Positions 1 to 8,168 of a stretch of DNA of 64,000 bases are shown piece after piece. Made by a program: the position numbers and the translations under genes. The stretch comes from an uncultured bacterium (GTDB lineage: Bacteria; Acidobacteriota; Thermoanaerobaculia; Multivoradales; JAHZIX01), in NCBI GenBank assembly GCA_965368975.1, contig CBDUPA010000004.1, forward strand, positions 256,001 through 320,000, in the 5' to 3' direction. The first letter of the stretch is position 1; every line of letters starts with the position of its first letter. The notes under the pieces were generated by a model. That model did not search any database and had not been told where the DNA came from. It saw only the letters and a list, made by a program, of their open reading frames with translations.

Positions 1-1619
1 CGGACCGCGGGGCGCGGTCGGGCGACCACCTCGACTGGATTCAGCTCCCACAGATCTCCTGAGTAGTTGACCAGCACGTCCGGGTCCCAGTAGCTCAGAT
101 GGCGCGAGATGCCGTCGGTCAGGGGGAGGCCGGCTTCTTGGTAGCCGTTGCTGGCCGCGACCAGGCGCGTGAGACGGAAGTGGTAGCGCGGTACCGGGTT
201 GGCGCGCGTGCCGTCGTTACCGGCAGCGCGGGTCTCGGAGGTGTGGACGGCCAGGAGCGAGCCGTCGCTCAGCGGCAGCGGGTCGCGGTAGAAGCCGGAG
301 TGGTTGGTGGACGGAACCTCGCCGTCGTCGACATAGTCGCCAGTGTCTGGGTGCGTGAGGTAGGTGAGGGTCACCGCGTCCGGGTTGCGTGACGGTGGTG
401 CGTCGAGGTGGACGACCATGCCCGCGGCGTGGGTCTCGAACTCCGGCGCGTCGACCGCGACGTAGCGCCCAGGCTGCGTCGGATCCTCGCGCAGTTGCAG
501 CAGGTTCTCGACCGAGTTCGGATTGACGCGGCCGGAGATGCTGTCGATGAATTCTTCGAGGTTGGGGTCGTCGTTGAGGCTGCGGTTGAAGTAGAAGTGC
601 AGCTCGTGACGCCCGAGATGGTTGAGCACTTCCAGGCCGCTGCCGTCCTGACGCATCTGCCAGGGGAAGAAGTGATTGAAGCGGTGACCTTCGAGGTTGG
701 TACCCGCCAGCAGGTCGTCGCGACTGGCCCGTGGCTCCGGGAACACCTCGACGCGGTTCGTCGTGCGCGCCGCACCAGCGCCCTCATCGGCGAAGTCGAA
801 AGTGCCGTAGACGTCACCGTCGAGGGCGTCGGCATCGGCTTGCTGGTCGCGCTGCAGGTGATCCCAACGCGTGAACAGCACGCGGCCGAAGCTGTCGACG
901 ATCGGCGTGAAGTCGCCCGAGGGCGCGTGGTCGAGCAGGTACAAGTCCCCACTGCGCGGATCCAGGCTCCACAGTCCGGTATTGGTCGGCGTCGTTTCGT
1001 ATTCGTCGAGCTGGGGGTAGAGATGGGGCTCACCGTCTCGCGGGCGGTCGCTGATGAACAAGATGCGGTCGTCGCTAGCGTAGACGGGTTGCACATTGTT
1101 GTAATCCGCGGGCTGCCGAGGTACGCGCGTGATCCGTGCCGTCTCGCCTTGTCCCAGGCCACTGACCTCGTAGAGTTGCCAGCGGAAGTCCTCGTAGACG
1201 AATTGCTCCGCCGGGGCACCGATCACCATGCTGAACACGGCTTTGGTGCCGTTCCAGTGCACGGCTGGATCCCGCACCGCGATCGCATCTTCTCCCTGGA
1301 AGACGGGGCCCGGGTTTACTGCGGCGACTCCGAAGCCAGCCTCGGCTGTCAGGTTCCGCAGCGTGCCATCGGGGTAGAGGAGCATCAGGTCGCCACCGCG
1401 GCCGGCGGTCTCCATTTCGGCCAGGTGGTTGGCGAAGACGGAGCCAATGGTGGCAAAGTCGGCCGGGATCGGCACCTGGGTGACGAAGAGAATCGGGTTG
1501 GGGAGTGGTGGAGCCTGCTGGGCTCGCACCTGCAGCTCTCGACCCTGCAGCGCGGTCAGCGCGAGAGAGCAAAACAGGGCGGCCGCGGGCAGCGTGCGGG
1601 GACGGCGGGTCTTGGACAT
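1..1619 (-). CDS. Secreted beta-propeller-like protein resembling hydrazine synthase alpha-subunit-like (TolB-like) proteins; runs off the left edge (partial)
   Basis: Not in the ORF track; I saw no stop in the part I translated and the frame appears to run off the edge. ATG at 1619 with GGAGG SD upstream. Manual translation MSKTRRPRTLPAAALFCSLALTALQG (signal peptide)...PILFVTQVP...AVRDPAVHWNGTKAVFSM...NNVQPVYASDDRILFISDRP...SGDFTPIVDSFGRVLFTRWDHLQRD. The + strand ORF 408..1676 is its shadow. Confidence 0.75.
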   Translation of the reverse strand, partial: MSKTRRPRTLPAAALFCSLALTALQGRELQVRAQQAPPLPNPILFVTQVPIPADFATIGSVFANHLAEMETAGRGGDLMLLYPDGTLRNLTAEAGFGVAAVNPGPVFQGEDAIAVRDPAVHWNGTKAVFSMVIGAPAEQFVYEDFRWQLYEVSGLGQGETARITRVPRQPADYNNVQPVYASDDRILFISDRPRDGEPHLYPQLDEYETTPTNTGLWSLDPRSGDLYLLDHAPSGDFTPIVDSFGRVLFTRWDHLQRDQQADADALDGDVYGTFDFADEGAGAARTTNRVEVFPEPRASRDDLLAGTNLEGHRFNHFFPWQMRQDGSGLEVLNHLGRHELHFYFNRSLNDDPNLEEFIDSISGRVNPNSVENLLQLREDPTQPGRYVAVDAPEFETHAAGMVVHLDAPPSRNPDAVTLTYLTHPDTGDYVDDGEVPSTNHSGFYRDPLPLSDGSLLAVHTSETRAAGNDGTRANPVPRYHFRLTRLVAASNGYQEAGLPLTDGISRHLSYWDPDVLVNYSGDLWELNPVEVVARPRPAV

Positions 1620-1687
1620 GAGGTACCTCCGTCAAAGATATTACTCTTTCCGCATGCAATGGCAAGTGTATGTTGATCTGTGTGCCG

Positions 1688-2299
1688 CTACTCGCTCTCA
1701 GTGGCCTCGAGTCCCAGGCGCTGCAGGAGATTCTGCAAGATACGCGCCGTCAGGCCCCAGATCTGGCGCGAGCCGACGTGGTAGACGCGCATCACCTGCT
1801 CCTTACCGTCGATCGATACCAGGCGATCCTCGATCAGCTGCGGGTTGGCCAGGGCGTAGAGCGGTACGCGGAAGATCTCGGCGATCTCGCCCGGGTTCAT
1901 ACTGGTTTCGAACTGTGCCGGCAGGGCGCCGACGCACGGCACGACGCGGAAGCCGGTGGTGCTGTCGAGCTCGTCGAGTTGCCCCAGCTTGAGCACCTTG
2001 CCGCGATCGATACCGACTTCCTCGTGGGCTTCGCGCAGGGCGGTGTCCCAGAGTTCTTCGTTCGCCTTGGTGTTGCCACCGGGGAAGGCGATCTGGCTAC
2101 GGTGTGTCGGCAGATCGTCGGCACGACGGGTCAGCAGTGTCCACAGCTGGCCACCTTCGACGTACAACGGTACTAGCACGGCCGCGGAGCGTTTCTCGGA
2201 AGGGCCGAGGCGCTTGGGGGCGGGATTGGCGAGATGCTGCCGGATCTCCGGCAGCCAACTGTTGGCGATCTTGGCGGCGATGTTGTCCGACTCCGTCAT
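1688..2299 (-). CDS. Nudix hydrolase, CoA pyrophosphatase (NudL/PCD1-like)
   Basis: AAVLVPL...LLTRRADDLPTHRSQIAFPGG followed by Nudix box TALREAHEEVG; C-terminal IWGLTA. Confidence 0.9.
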   Translation of the reverse strand: MTESDNIAAKIANSWLPEIRQHLANPAPKRLGPSEKRSAAVLVPLYVEGGQLWTLLTRRADDLPTHRSQIAFPGGNTKANEELWDTALREAHEEVGIDRGKVLKLGQLDELDSTTGFRVVPCVGALPAQFETSMNPGEIAEIFRVPLYALANPQLIEDRLVSIDGKEQVMRVYHVGSRQIWGLTARILQNLLQRLGLEATESE

Positions 2300-2332
2300 G
2301 GGTCCTTGGCCCTCCTTGTGCGACCTAGGTTG

Positions 2333-3991
2333 TCACATCTCGAGGGTTGCTTCTAAGACCGGGCCACCCAGGCGCGAGAAGCTGGCGCTCCCCAGGACGT
2401 GTGGCTCGACGCGCAGGGTGCAGACGCCGGGGGGACGGCGGATCTCGACGCTCAGCTCGCAGGTCTCTCCGGCATCGAGCGGGCGTGGCAGCGGGATCCA
2501 CGGCTGGCCAGCGAGCAGGTCGATGGTGCCCTCTGCGCGGGGGGCGTCCTCGCAGGGGCGTAGCAGTTGGACCTGGAGCGCTACGCCGCCGGGACCGTCC
2601 AGGCCGGCGAGCCACCTTGTAGTGCCGGTGTTGGCCAGGTGGAACTGCAGCGTGCGCCGATTGCCGGCGGGCCAGGGGGTTTGCCAGGTGACATCGAGCG
2701 TGCCGGGCAGCTCGGAGGCCGTGCGCGTCGTGACCGTGACGGTGTTCTCCCACGGCTCGGCGTCCGGAGACGATGCGGCTGGCGGCTCCAAGTCCTTCCA
2801 CTCGCGACAGGCTTCGATCACGGCCTCGGCGGCGGCGGCTGGATGGTGATGCTGCTCGACGTGGGCGCGCGCTGCTGCGCCCATCCGCAGCAGCTCCTCC
2901 GGCGCCGCCAGTAGCTGTCGCAGCTGCTCGGCCAGCGCCTCGACCTCGCCGTCGCCGAGCGGGACCTTGATCACACAGGCGTCTGGCAATTCATGGAACT
3001 GACCGTAGTCCGACACCACCGCCGGCCGGCCGACGGCGAGCACCCGCAGCAGGGAAGCTGAGGTCTCACCGGCCGTCGGATAGCGCAGGTTGAGTGCCAG
3101 GTCGGTGGCGGCGATGGCGGCCTCGAAGTCGTCGAAGTTGACGAAGCCGGTGATGTGGACGCGCTCGGCGACACCCGCGGCGGCGGCGGCTTCTTGCAGC
3201 TGGCAGGCGGCGCTCACCTGGCCGACGATCAACAGGTGGGCATCTTCGAGTCCCGGCTGCGCCAGGGCTTCGACCACGCGCTCGGTGCGCTTGATGGGGG
3301 TCTGGAAGCCGAAGGAGCCAAGGACGGCGGTGTGATCGGGGATGCCGAAGCGACGGCGCAACTCACGCCCCTCGTGGGCGTCGGCGGCGGGAGGTAGAGG
3401 GATGCCCATGGGCACCACGCGTACGCGCACGTCCGGGTGGAATTCGAGGATCTGTGCTGCTGCCCAGCGGTTGTGGACGAGCACGCCGCGCTGCGCACGC
3501 AGCAGGCTGCGGTGTGCCGGCAGCGAGAAGAGAGCCGCCTCGCTCGGCTCGCCCCAGCGGCGAGCGCGGGCGATCGGCCCCCCAACCCAGCCGTGATCTT
3601 GCAGGAGTCGTTGCTGGTAGGGACGGTAGTCGCCGCCGCGCAAGGTCTGTTCGCACAGCAGGTGGTGCAGCACCAGGTCGTGCAGGGTGACCACGCCTGG
3701 GTAGCGGCGTGCCAGACGTTCGATGTCATCGTGGTAGGGATTGTTGCCCAAATGGTAGACGGGCAGGCGGCCTGACGCGGCCTCTTCTGCCGGTGCTGCT
3801 TGGGCCAATGCCGCTTCGGCCGCTACCGGCTGCCAGCGCGTCTCGACCTCGTCGGCGACCGGCTGCCCGGGCACGCGCAAGACGCGCAGGTCGGTGCGCT
3901 GATCCAATTCGGGTAGCAGGTCGATCGAATAGTCGGCGATACCCGAACGCACCGGTGGCAGAGGGGATAGATAGTCGAGGGCGATACTCAT
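2333..3991 (-). CDS. Glycosyltransferase family 4 with C-terminal Ig-like domain
   Basis: SPLPPVRSGIADYS, YHLGNNPYH, VTLHD, LRYPTAGETSASLLR GT-B motifs; C-terminal beta-rich LANTG..W...LPRPLDAGE domain. Confidence 0.85.
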   Translation of the reverse strand: MSIALDYLSPLPPVRSGIADYSIDLLPELDQRTDLRVLRVPGQPVADEVETRWQPVAAEAALAQAAPAEEAASGRLPVYHLGNNPYHDDIERLARRYPGVVTLHDLVLHHLLCEQTLRGGDYRPYQQRLLQDHGWVGGPIARARRWGEPSEAALFSLPAHRSLLRAQRGVLVHNRWAAAQILEFHPDVRVRVVPMGIPLPPAADAHEGRELRRRFGIPDHTAVLGSFGFQTPIKRTERVVEALAQPGLEDAHLLIVGQVSAACQLQEAAAAAGVAERVHITGFVNFDDFEAAIAATDLALNLRYPTAGETSASLLRVLAVGRPAVVSDYGQFHELPDACVIKVPLGDGEVEALAEQLRQLLAAPEELLRMGAAARAHVEQHHHPAAAAEAVIEACREWKDLEPPAASSPDAEPWENTVTVTTRTASELPGTLDVTWQTPWPAGNRRTLQFHLANTGTTRWLAGLDGPGGVALQVQLLRPCEDAPRAEGTIDLLAGQPWIPLPRPLDAGETCELSVEIRRPPGVCTLRVEPHVLGSASFSRLGGPVLEATLEM

Positions 3992-4083
3992 GGCGCGGCG
4001 AGCTTATCGCGGTAGGCCCACGCCTGCGGGGCGCAACGCGTCTCATCCTTGACGTGGCTCGTCGAAGCCGCTAGCTTGAGGCC

Positions 4084-5136
4084 ATGAATGCAAGGTTTTC
4101 TGGCCGCTCCGGCTCCGGCTTTTCCGGAGTCTCTCGCACTGTTACATCGGTCCTGGTCGTGGCCGGCTTCACGCTTCTCTTCGTCGCTGGCTGTGCGGGG
4201 CCGCCGCCGGAGCCGGTCGCCGAGTTGCGGCTGGAAGAAGCCGAGTGGCGCTTGCCCTATCCGGAATGGCGTACCTTGACCTTCGTCTGGACGCCGCGCC
4301 AGGAACTGCCCGCGCCGTCGGTCTGGTGTTTCGTTCATCTCAAGAACGAAGCTGGTGAGGTGGTCCGCACTTTCGATCACGAGGTGCGTGGGGACTGGCA
4401 GCTTGGTGAGGAGCTGCGCTACGAGCTGACGCTCTTCCAGTCCATCCTGGCGCCGGGGCTGGCGCCAGGCGCCTACCGGGTCGAGCTGGGGTTGTACGAT
4501 CCAGCCAGCGGGGACCGCTGGCCGCTGCAGATCGAGGGCCACGGCGTCGAGCCGCTGGACCGTCAGGCGTACCAGGTCGCGGTGCTCGACGTGCCACAAG
4601 CGACACCCGACGCACCGCGGCTGACCTTCTCGACCGGCTGGACCTCACCGGCCCCGGGCACCGATCGGCAGATCCTGGCGCGTCGCTGGTTGAGCGGTGA
4701 AGGGCAACTGACGGTCGGCGATCTGGACGTTCCGGGCAGCCTGTGGATGCGCCTGCGCGTGCCGGAACCCGATACGGCTGGGACGATTCGGGTGCTCGAT
4801 GACGGTGCTGGTGATCAACCCCGACTGGAGCTGACCAGCACTTGCACCGGTCGGGTTCATACCCTGGATGTTCCAGGAGTGCACCAACTGGTACTACCGG
4901 TCTACGCCACGGCTCCACGGACGGTACGGAGCGCTGCCGATGACGACGGCGTCGAGGCCAGCTTCGGCATCGGCAGGAGTGTCGGTGGTCTCGGTGCCGG
5001 CGGATCGGCCATTGCCGGTGCGGCGACCTCGTGTGAGTTGCAGTTCTGGGCCAACTACGTCATCGAGCTGGAGCCGGGAAGGCCGCCTCGCTCCGTGGCG
5101 CTCGAAGCTCTGTCTTGGACCGCCGCCCAGCTTTGA
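4084..5136 (+). CDS. Putative lipoprotein with Ig-like beta-sandwich domains
   Basis: Hydrophobic stretch ending in lipobox FVAGC; FVHL...DH...W..GE...PGAYRVELGLYD motif; divergent from the GT4 gene. Confidence 0.65.
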   Translation: MNARFSGRSGSGFSGVSRTVTSVLVVAGFTLLFVAGCAGPPPEPVAELRLEEAEWRLPYPEWRTLTFVWTPRQELPAPSVWCFVHLKNEAGEVVRTFDHEVRGDWQLGEELRYELTLFQSILAPGLAPGAYRVELGLYDPASGDRWPLQIEGHGVEPLDRQAYQVAVLDVPQATPDAPRLTFSTGWTSPAPGTDRQILARRWLSGEGQLTVGDLDVPGSLWMRLRVPEPDTAGTIRVLDDGAGDQPRLELTSTCTGRVHTLDVPGVHQLVLPVYATAPRTVRSAADDDGVEASFGIGRSVGGLGAGGSAIAGAATSCELQFWANYVIELEPGRPPRSVALEALSWTAAQL

Positions 5137-5150
5137 CGAGAGCCGAGACC

Positions 5151-6035
5151 GTGAACCGAGACGAGGGAACGGAGAGACCCAAGAGTCACTTCCGCTTCCT
5201 CTTGTCTCTGCTCGCGGTGGCCGGCGGCGCCACGGCCTACATTCGGGGACCCCTGCAGCGCCGTAAGCTGTTCTTGCCCGAGCGTTATCCGGCGGGCGAC
5301 TGGGCACCGCGCAAACAGGGGCTGCCGGCCGAAGATCAGTGGTTCGACAGCGGAGACGGGGTACGTCTACATGGCTGGTGGCTGCCCCGTTCCGGGGCGG
5401 CTGTGACCGTGCTCTATTGTCACGGGCACAGCGGATGTCTGGGCCGACGTCTGGATGTCCTGCGGACGCTCTACGACCTCCCTGCCCAGGTCTTCGCCTT
5501 CGACTACCGTGGCTACGGTCGCAGTACCGGCAAGCCGAGTGCCGTGGGGTTGCGGCTCGACGCGCGTGCCGCCGCCGCCCACCTGCACCGCGAGTTGGGA
5601 CAAGACCCCGGGCGCACCGTGCTCTTCGGTCACTCTCTGGGTGCCGCGCTGGCGCTCGAAGCGGCGCTCGCCATGCAGGGCGAGCGCCCGGTGGCCGGTC
5701 TGATTCTCGAGAGCGCCTTCACTTCGGTGCACGAAGTCACGCGTCAGCGCTATCCGTTCCTGCCGCTGCACCTGCTGACCAAGGATCCGTATCGCAACAT
5801 CGAGCAGGTGGCGCAGGTACGCTGTCCGCAGCTCTTCGTCCACGGCACTGCAGATCACGTGATGCCGCCGCGGCACAGTGAGCGCTTGTGGCAGGCCGCT
5901 CGCGGTTCCAAGGAGTTGTATCTGGTCGAAGGGGCTGGGCACAACGACCTGCACGAGGTTGGCGGGACGGCCTACGCCAGGCGCCTGGGTGCGTTTATTT
6001 CGAGCTGTGTCGAGACTGCGGGCTCGCGTCGGTAG
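5151..6035 (+). CDS. Alpha/beta hydrolase (ABHD13/BEM46-like)
   Basis: HGWW, YCHG, FDYRGYGRS, nucleophile GHSLG, HGTAD, GAGHND. GTG start at 5151 chosen; uncertain. Confidence 0.88.
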   Translation: MNRDEGTERPKSHFRFLLSLLAVAGGATAYIRGPLQRRKLFLPERYPAGDWAPRKQGLPAEDQWFDSGDGVRLHGWWLPRSGAAVTVLYCHGHSGCLGRRLDVLRTLYDLPAQVFAFDYRGYGRSTGKPSAVGLRLDARAAAAHLHRELGQDPGRTVLFGHSLGAALALEAALAMQGERPVAGLILESAFTSVHEVTRQRYPFLPLHLLTKDPYRNIEQVAQVRCPQLFVHGTADHVMPPRHSERLWQAARGSKELYLVEGAGHNDLHEVGGTAYARRLGAFISSCVETAGSRR

Positions 6036-6074
6036 ACGGCGCTCGCGTCATGGCGCCTGCTTCACTGGCCTGCG

Positions 6075-7331
6075 TCATGTGTCGTTTGGGATGCGTAGGT
6101 CCGCCGGCAGCCGGGCTGAGCACAGCAGGTCGCTGAAGCTACTCCAGCGCGTCTCGAGAGCCGGGCCGCTGGCCTCGACGTGCCGACGCACCAAACTCTC
6201 ACCCAGGTTGTAGTTGACGATGTAGCAGCGGTAGCGGTCGATGAACTGCAGGCGGTGAGCCGCGCGCTCGGGAGGCGTCAGCGCGTAGACGGTCAGCCAG
6301 TCGATGGTCTCATCCGTGCTCAACTCGCCGTCGAGATACCGTCTCGCTGCCTCGTGGCCAGCGTAGCTGAGGCCGTTGAGTAGGCCGAGGACTTCGTAAT
6401 ACTCCGGCATGCGTCGAGGGTCGAGCCCGACCAGCGGCCAGATCTCTTCGGCTTCGAAGGACATGCGTTCGTCACCGGGCCACAACAACTGGATGCCGTA
6501 GTTGGCGATGCCCTCGGCGATCAAGGATTGCGGGCTGAGGAGTGGATAGATGCACAGCTCGGTCCAGCCGCGTCGGCGCACCAGTTCCCGTTCCTGCAGG
6601 GCGCTGTGCACATGATGTCCCGGATAGCCTTCGTGACTGGCCAGGTCGAGAATACGGTCGACGTACATCGCCAGGTCGGTGTTGACCTCGATCGAGCTGC
6701 GGAAGCCTCCGTGGTACCAGTTGTAGGCACTCCACGGTCGGCCGCTGACGAAACTGACGTCGAAGTCCTCGTCCTCCGGTAGTTGCAGGTGCTGCTTTGT
6801 TCGGGAGCGGCAGTGTTCGAGGGCGGCCTCGAACACTGCCGGCAGGTGGTCGGCGGGAATGGTGAACTCGGCGCGGAAGCTCTCCAACCGTTCGGCCAGG
6901 TCTCCGACGCCGGGCAAGCTACGGTCCAGGCGCTGCTGCAGGTCGAGGAAGCGTTGCTCTGGCTCGCGCTCGACGGTGACCCCATAGAACAAGCGCGTCT
7001 CTTCGTCGAAGGTGAGACGTGTACCAGTCAGCTGGTCGGCGCGAGCCGCTAGGGCTCGTAGCTGCTGGCGCAGGAAGCTGGTGCGCTGGGCACGAGCTCC
7101 GGCATCGGTGTCGCAGGTGGTCGCAGCGCGGGAGGCGGGTTCTTGCTCCGACAGCTGCTGGCGAAGCTCGCTGACGCCACTGCGGATCTTTGCCAGCGAC
7201 CGAGCTTCGTCGCGTGCCTGCTGCCGCCAGGCGCTCGGCCCGTAGTAGGCATCCACGTAGTCTGGGTCGTGTTCTCCCAGAGCGAGTACCAGCTGCACGT
7301 ACTCGCGAGCAATGTCACCGAGCTTGTCCAT
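6075..7331 (-). CDS. Uncharacterised zincin-like protein (DUF885-related)
   Basis: HEGYPGHH motif followed by IAEGIANY; start uncertain (ORF track extends to 7412). Confidence 0.7.
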   Translation of the reverse strand: MDKLGDIAREYVQLVLALGEHDPDYVDAYYGPSAWRQQARDEARSLAKIRSGVSELRQQLSEQEPASRAATTCDTDAGARAQRTSFLRQQLRALAARADQLTGTRLTFDEETRLFYGVTVEREPEQRFLDLQQRLDRSLPGVGDLAERLESFRAEFTIPADHLPAVFEAALEHCRSRTKQHLQLPEDEDFDVSFVSGRPWSAYNWYHGGFRSSIEVNTDLAMYVDRILDLASHEGYPGHHVHSALQERELVRRRGWTELCIYPLLSPQSLIAEGIANYGIQLLWPGDERMSFEAEEIWPLVGLDPRRMPEYYEVLGLLNGLSYAGHEAARRYLDGELSTDETIDWLTVYALTPPERAAHRLQFIDRYRCYIVNYNLGESLVRRHVEASGPALETRWSSFSDLLCSARLPADLRIPNDT

Positions 7332-7573
7332 GAGCGGCAGCCTATCAGTTGTCGCGGCCCATCTTCGTAGCTCTTTCGGGGTCGGATCCGGTGTGGACTG
7401 GACAAGCGGCACCGCAGGTGGCGTAAACTAGTCGACAGCTCTAGCGCTCAAAGCAGGCGCATTCGAGCGAGCCCCGGCGGGCCCGCGAGGTGGGGTGGTG
7501 AGTGTGGAATCGCCGGTTTCGAGAATCAGGGCTTCGCCACTTCGTGCGCTGCCCTCGACAAAGGAGGTTGGTC

Positions 7574-8101
7574 ATAGCCAGGAGAGATCCCGGGCCGCGG
7601 GTCAACAATCGGATCCGCAAGAGTCCCATACGACTGATTGACGAAGATGGCACCCAGTTGGGTGTCGTGCCCCTGGATGACGCCCGGACCCGTGCGCGGG
7701 ACAAGGGTCTGGACTTGGTGGAGGTCGGTGCAGCCGCGGATCCACCGGTGGTCCGGATCATGGATTGGGGCAAGACAAAGTTCGAGCGTGAGAAGCGCGC
7801 CCGTGAGTCCCGCAAGAAGGCGCAGACGATCGAGATCAAGGAAGTCAAGTTCCGGCCGACCATTGATGACCATGATTTCGGCATCAAGGTCAAGCGCGCT
7901 TGCCGTTTCCTGTCCGAGGGCAAGAAGGTCAAGATCACGGTCTTCTTCCGTCTGCGCCAGCTGCGCCGTCCGGAACTCGGGCGCAAGATTCTCGACCACG
8001 TCACCGAGCAGGTCGAAGAAGTCGCCGATATCGAGACGCGTTCCGGCCTGGAAGGTCGTCAGATGGTGATGATTCTGGCGCCCAAGAATATGGCGAAGTA
8101 G
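7574..8101 (+). CDS. infC: Translation initiation factor IF-3 with non-canonical ATA start
   Basis: RVNNRI...IRLIDEDGTQLG...LDLVEV...PPVVRIMDWGK...KEVKFRPTIDDHD. AGGAGG at 7562-7567 lies 6 nt before an in-frame ATA at 7574. Confidence 0.95.
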   Translation: MARRDPGPRVNNRIRKSPIRLIDEDGTQLGVVPLDDARTRARDKGLDLVEVGAAADPPVVRIMDWGKTKFEREKRARESRKKAQTIEIKEVKFRPTIDDHDFGIKVKRACRFLSEGKKVKITVFFRLRQLRRPELGRKILDHVTEQVEEVADIETRSGLEGRQMVMILAPKNMAK

Positions 8102-8110
8102 GGGCAGGCG

Positions 8111-8137
8111 TCGAGGTCCGCGCCCGCGCGACCTCGA
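8111..8137. terminator. GC-rich hairpin between convergent infC and greA
   Basis: TCGAGGTC (8111-8118) pairs with GACCTCGA (8130-8137); no U-tract. Confidence 0.45.
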
Positions 8138-8168
8138 GGACCCACCCGCGGCTTCGAGCGTTCACCTG

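Noticed and set aside
408-1676. 422-aa plus-strand ORF
   Set aside because: Antisense shadow of the real minus-strand secreted protein starting at 1619; no recognisable motifs.
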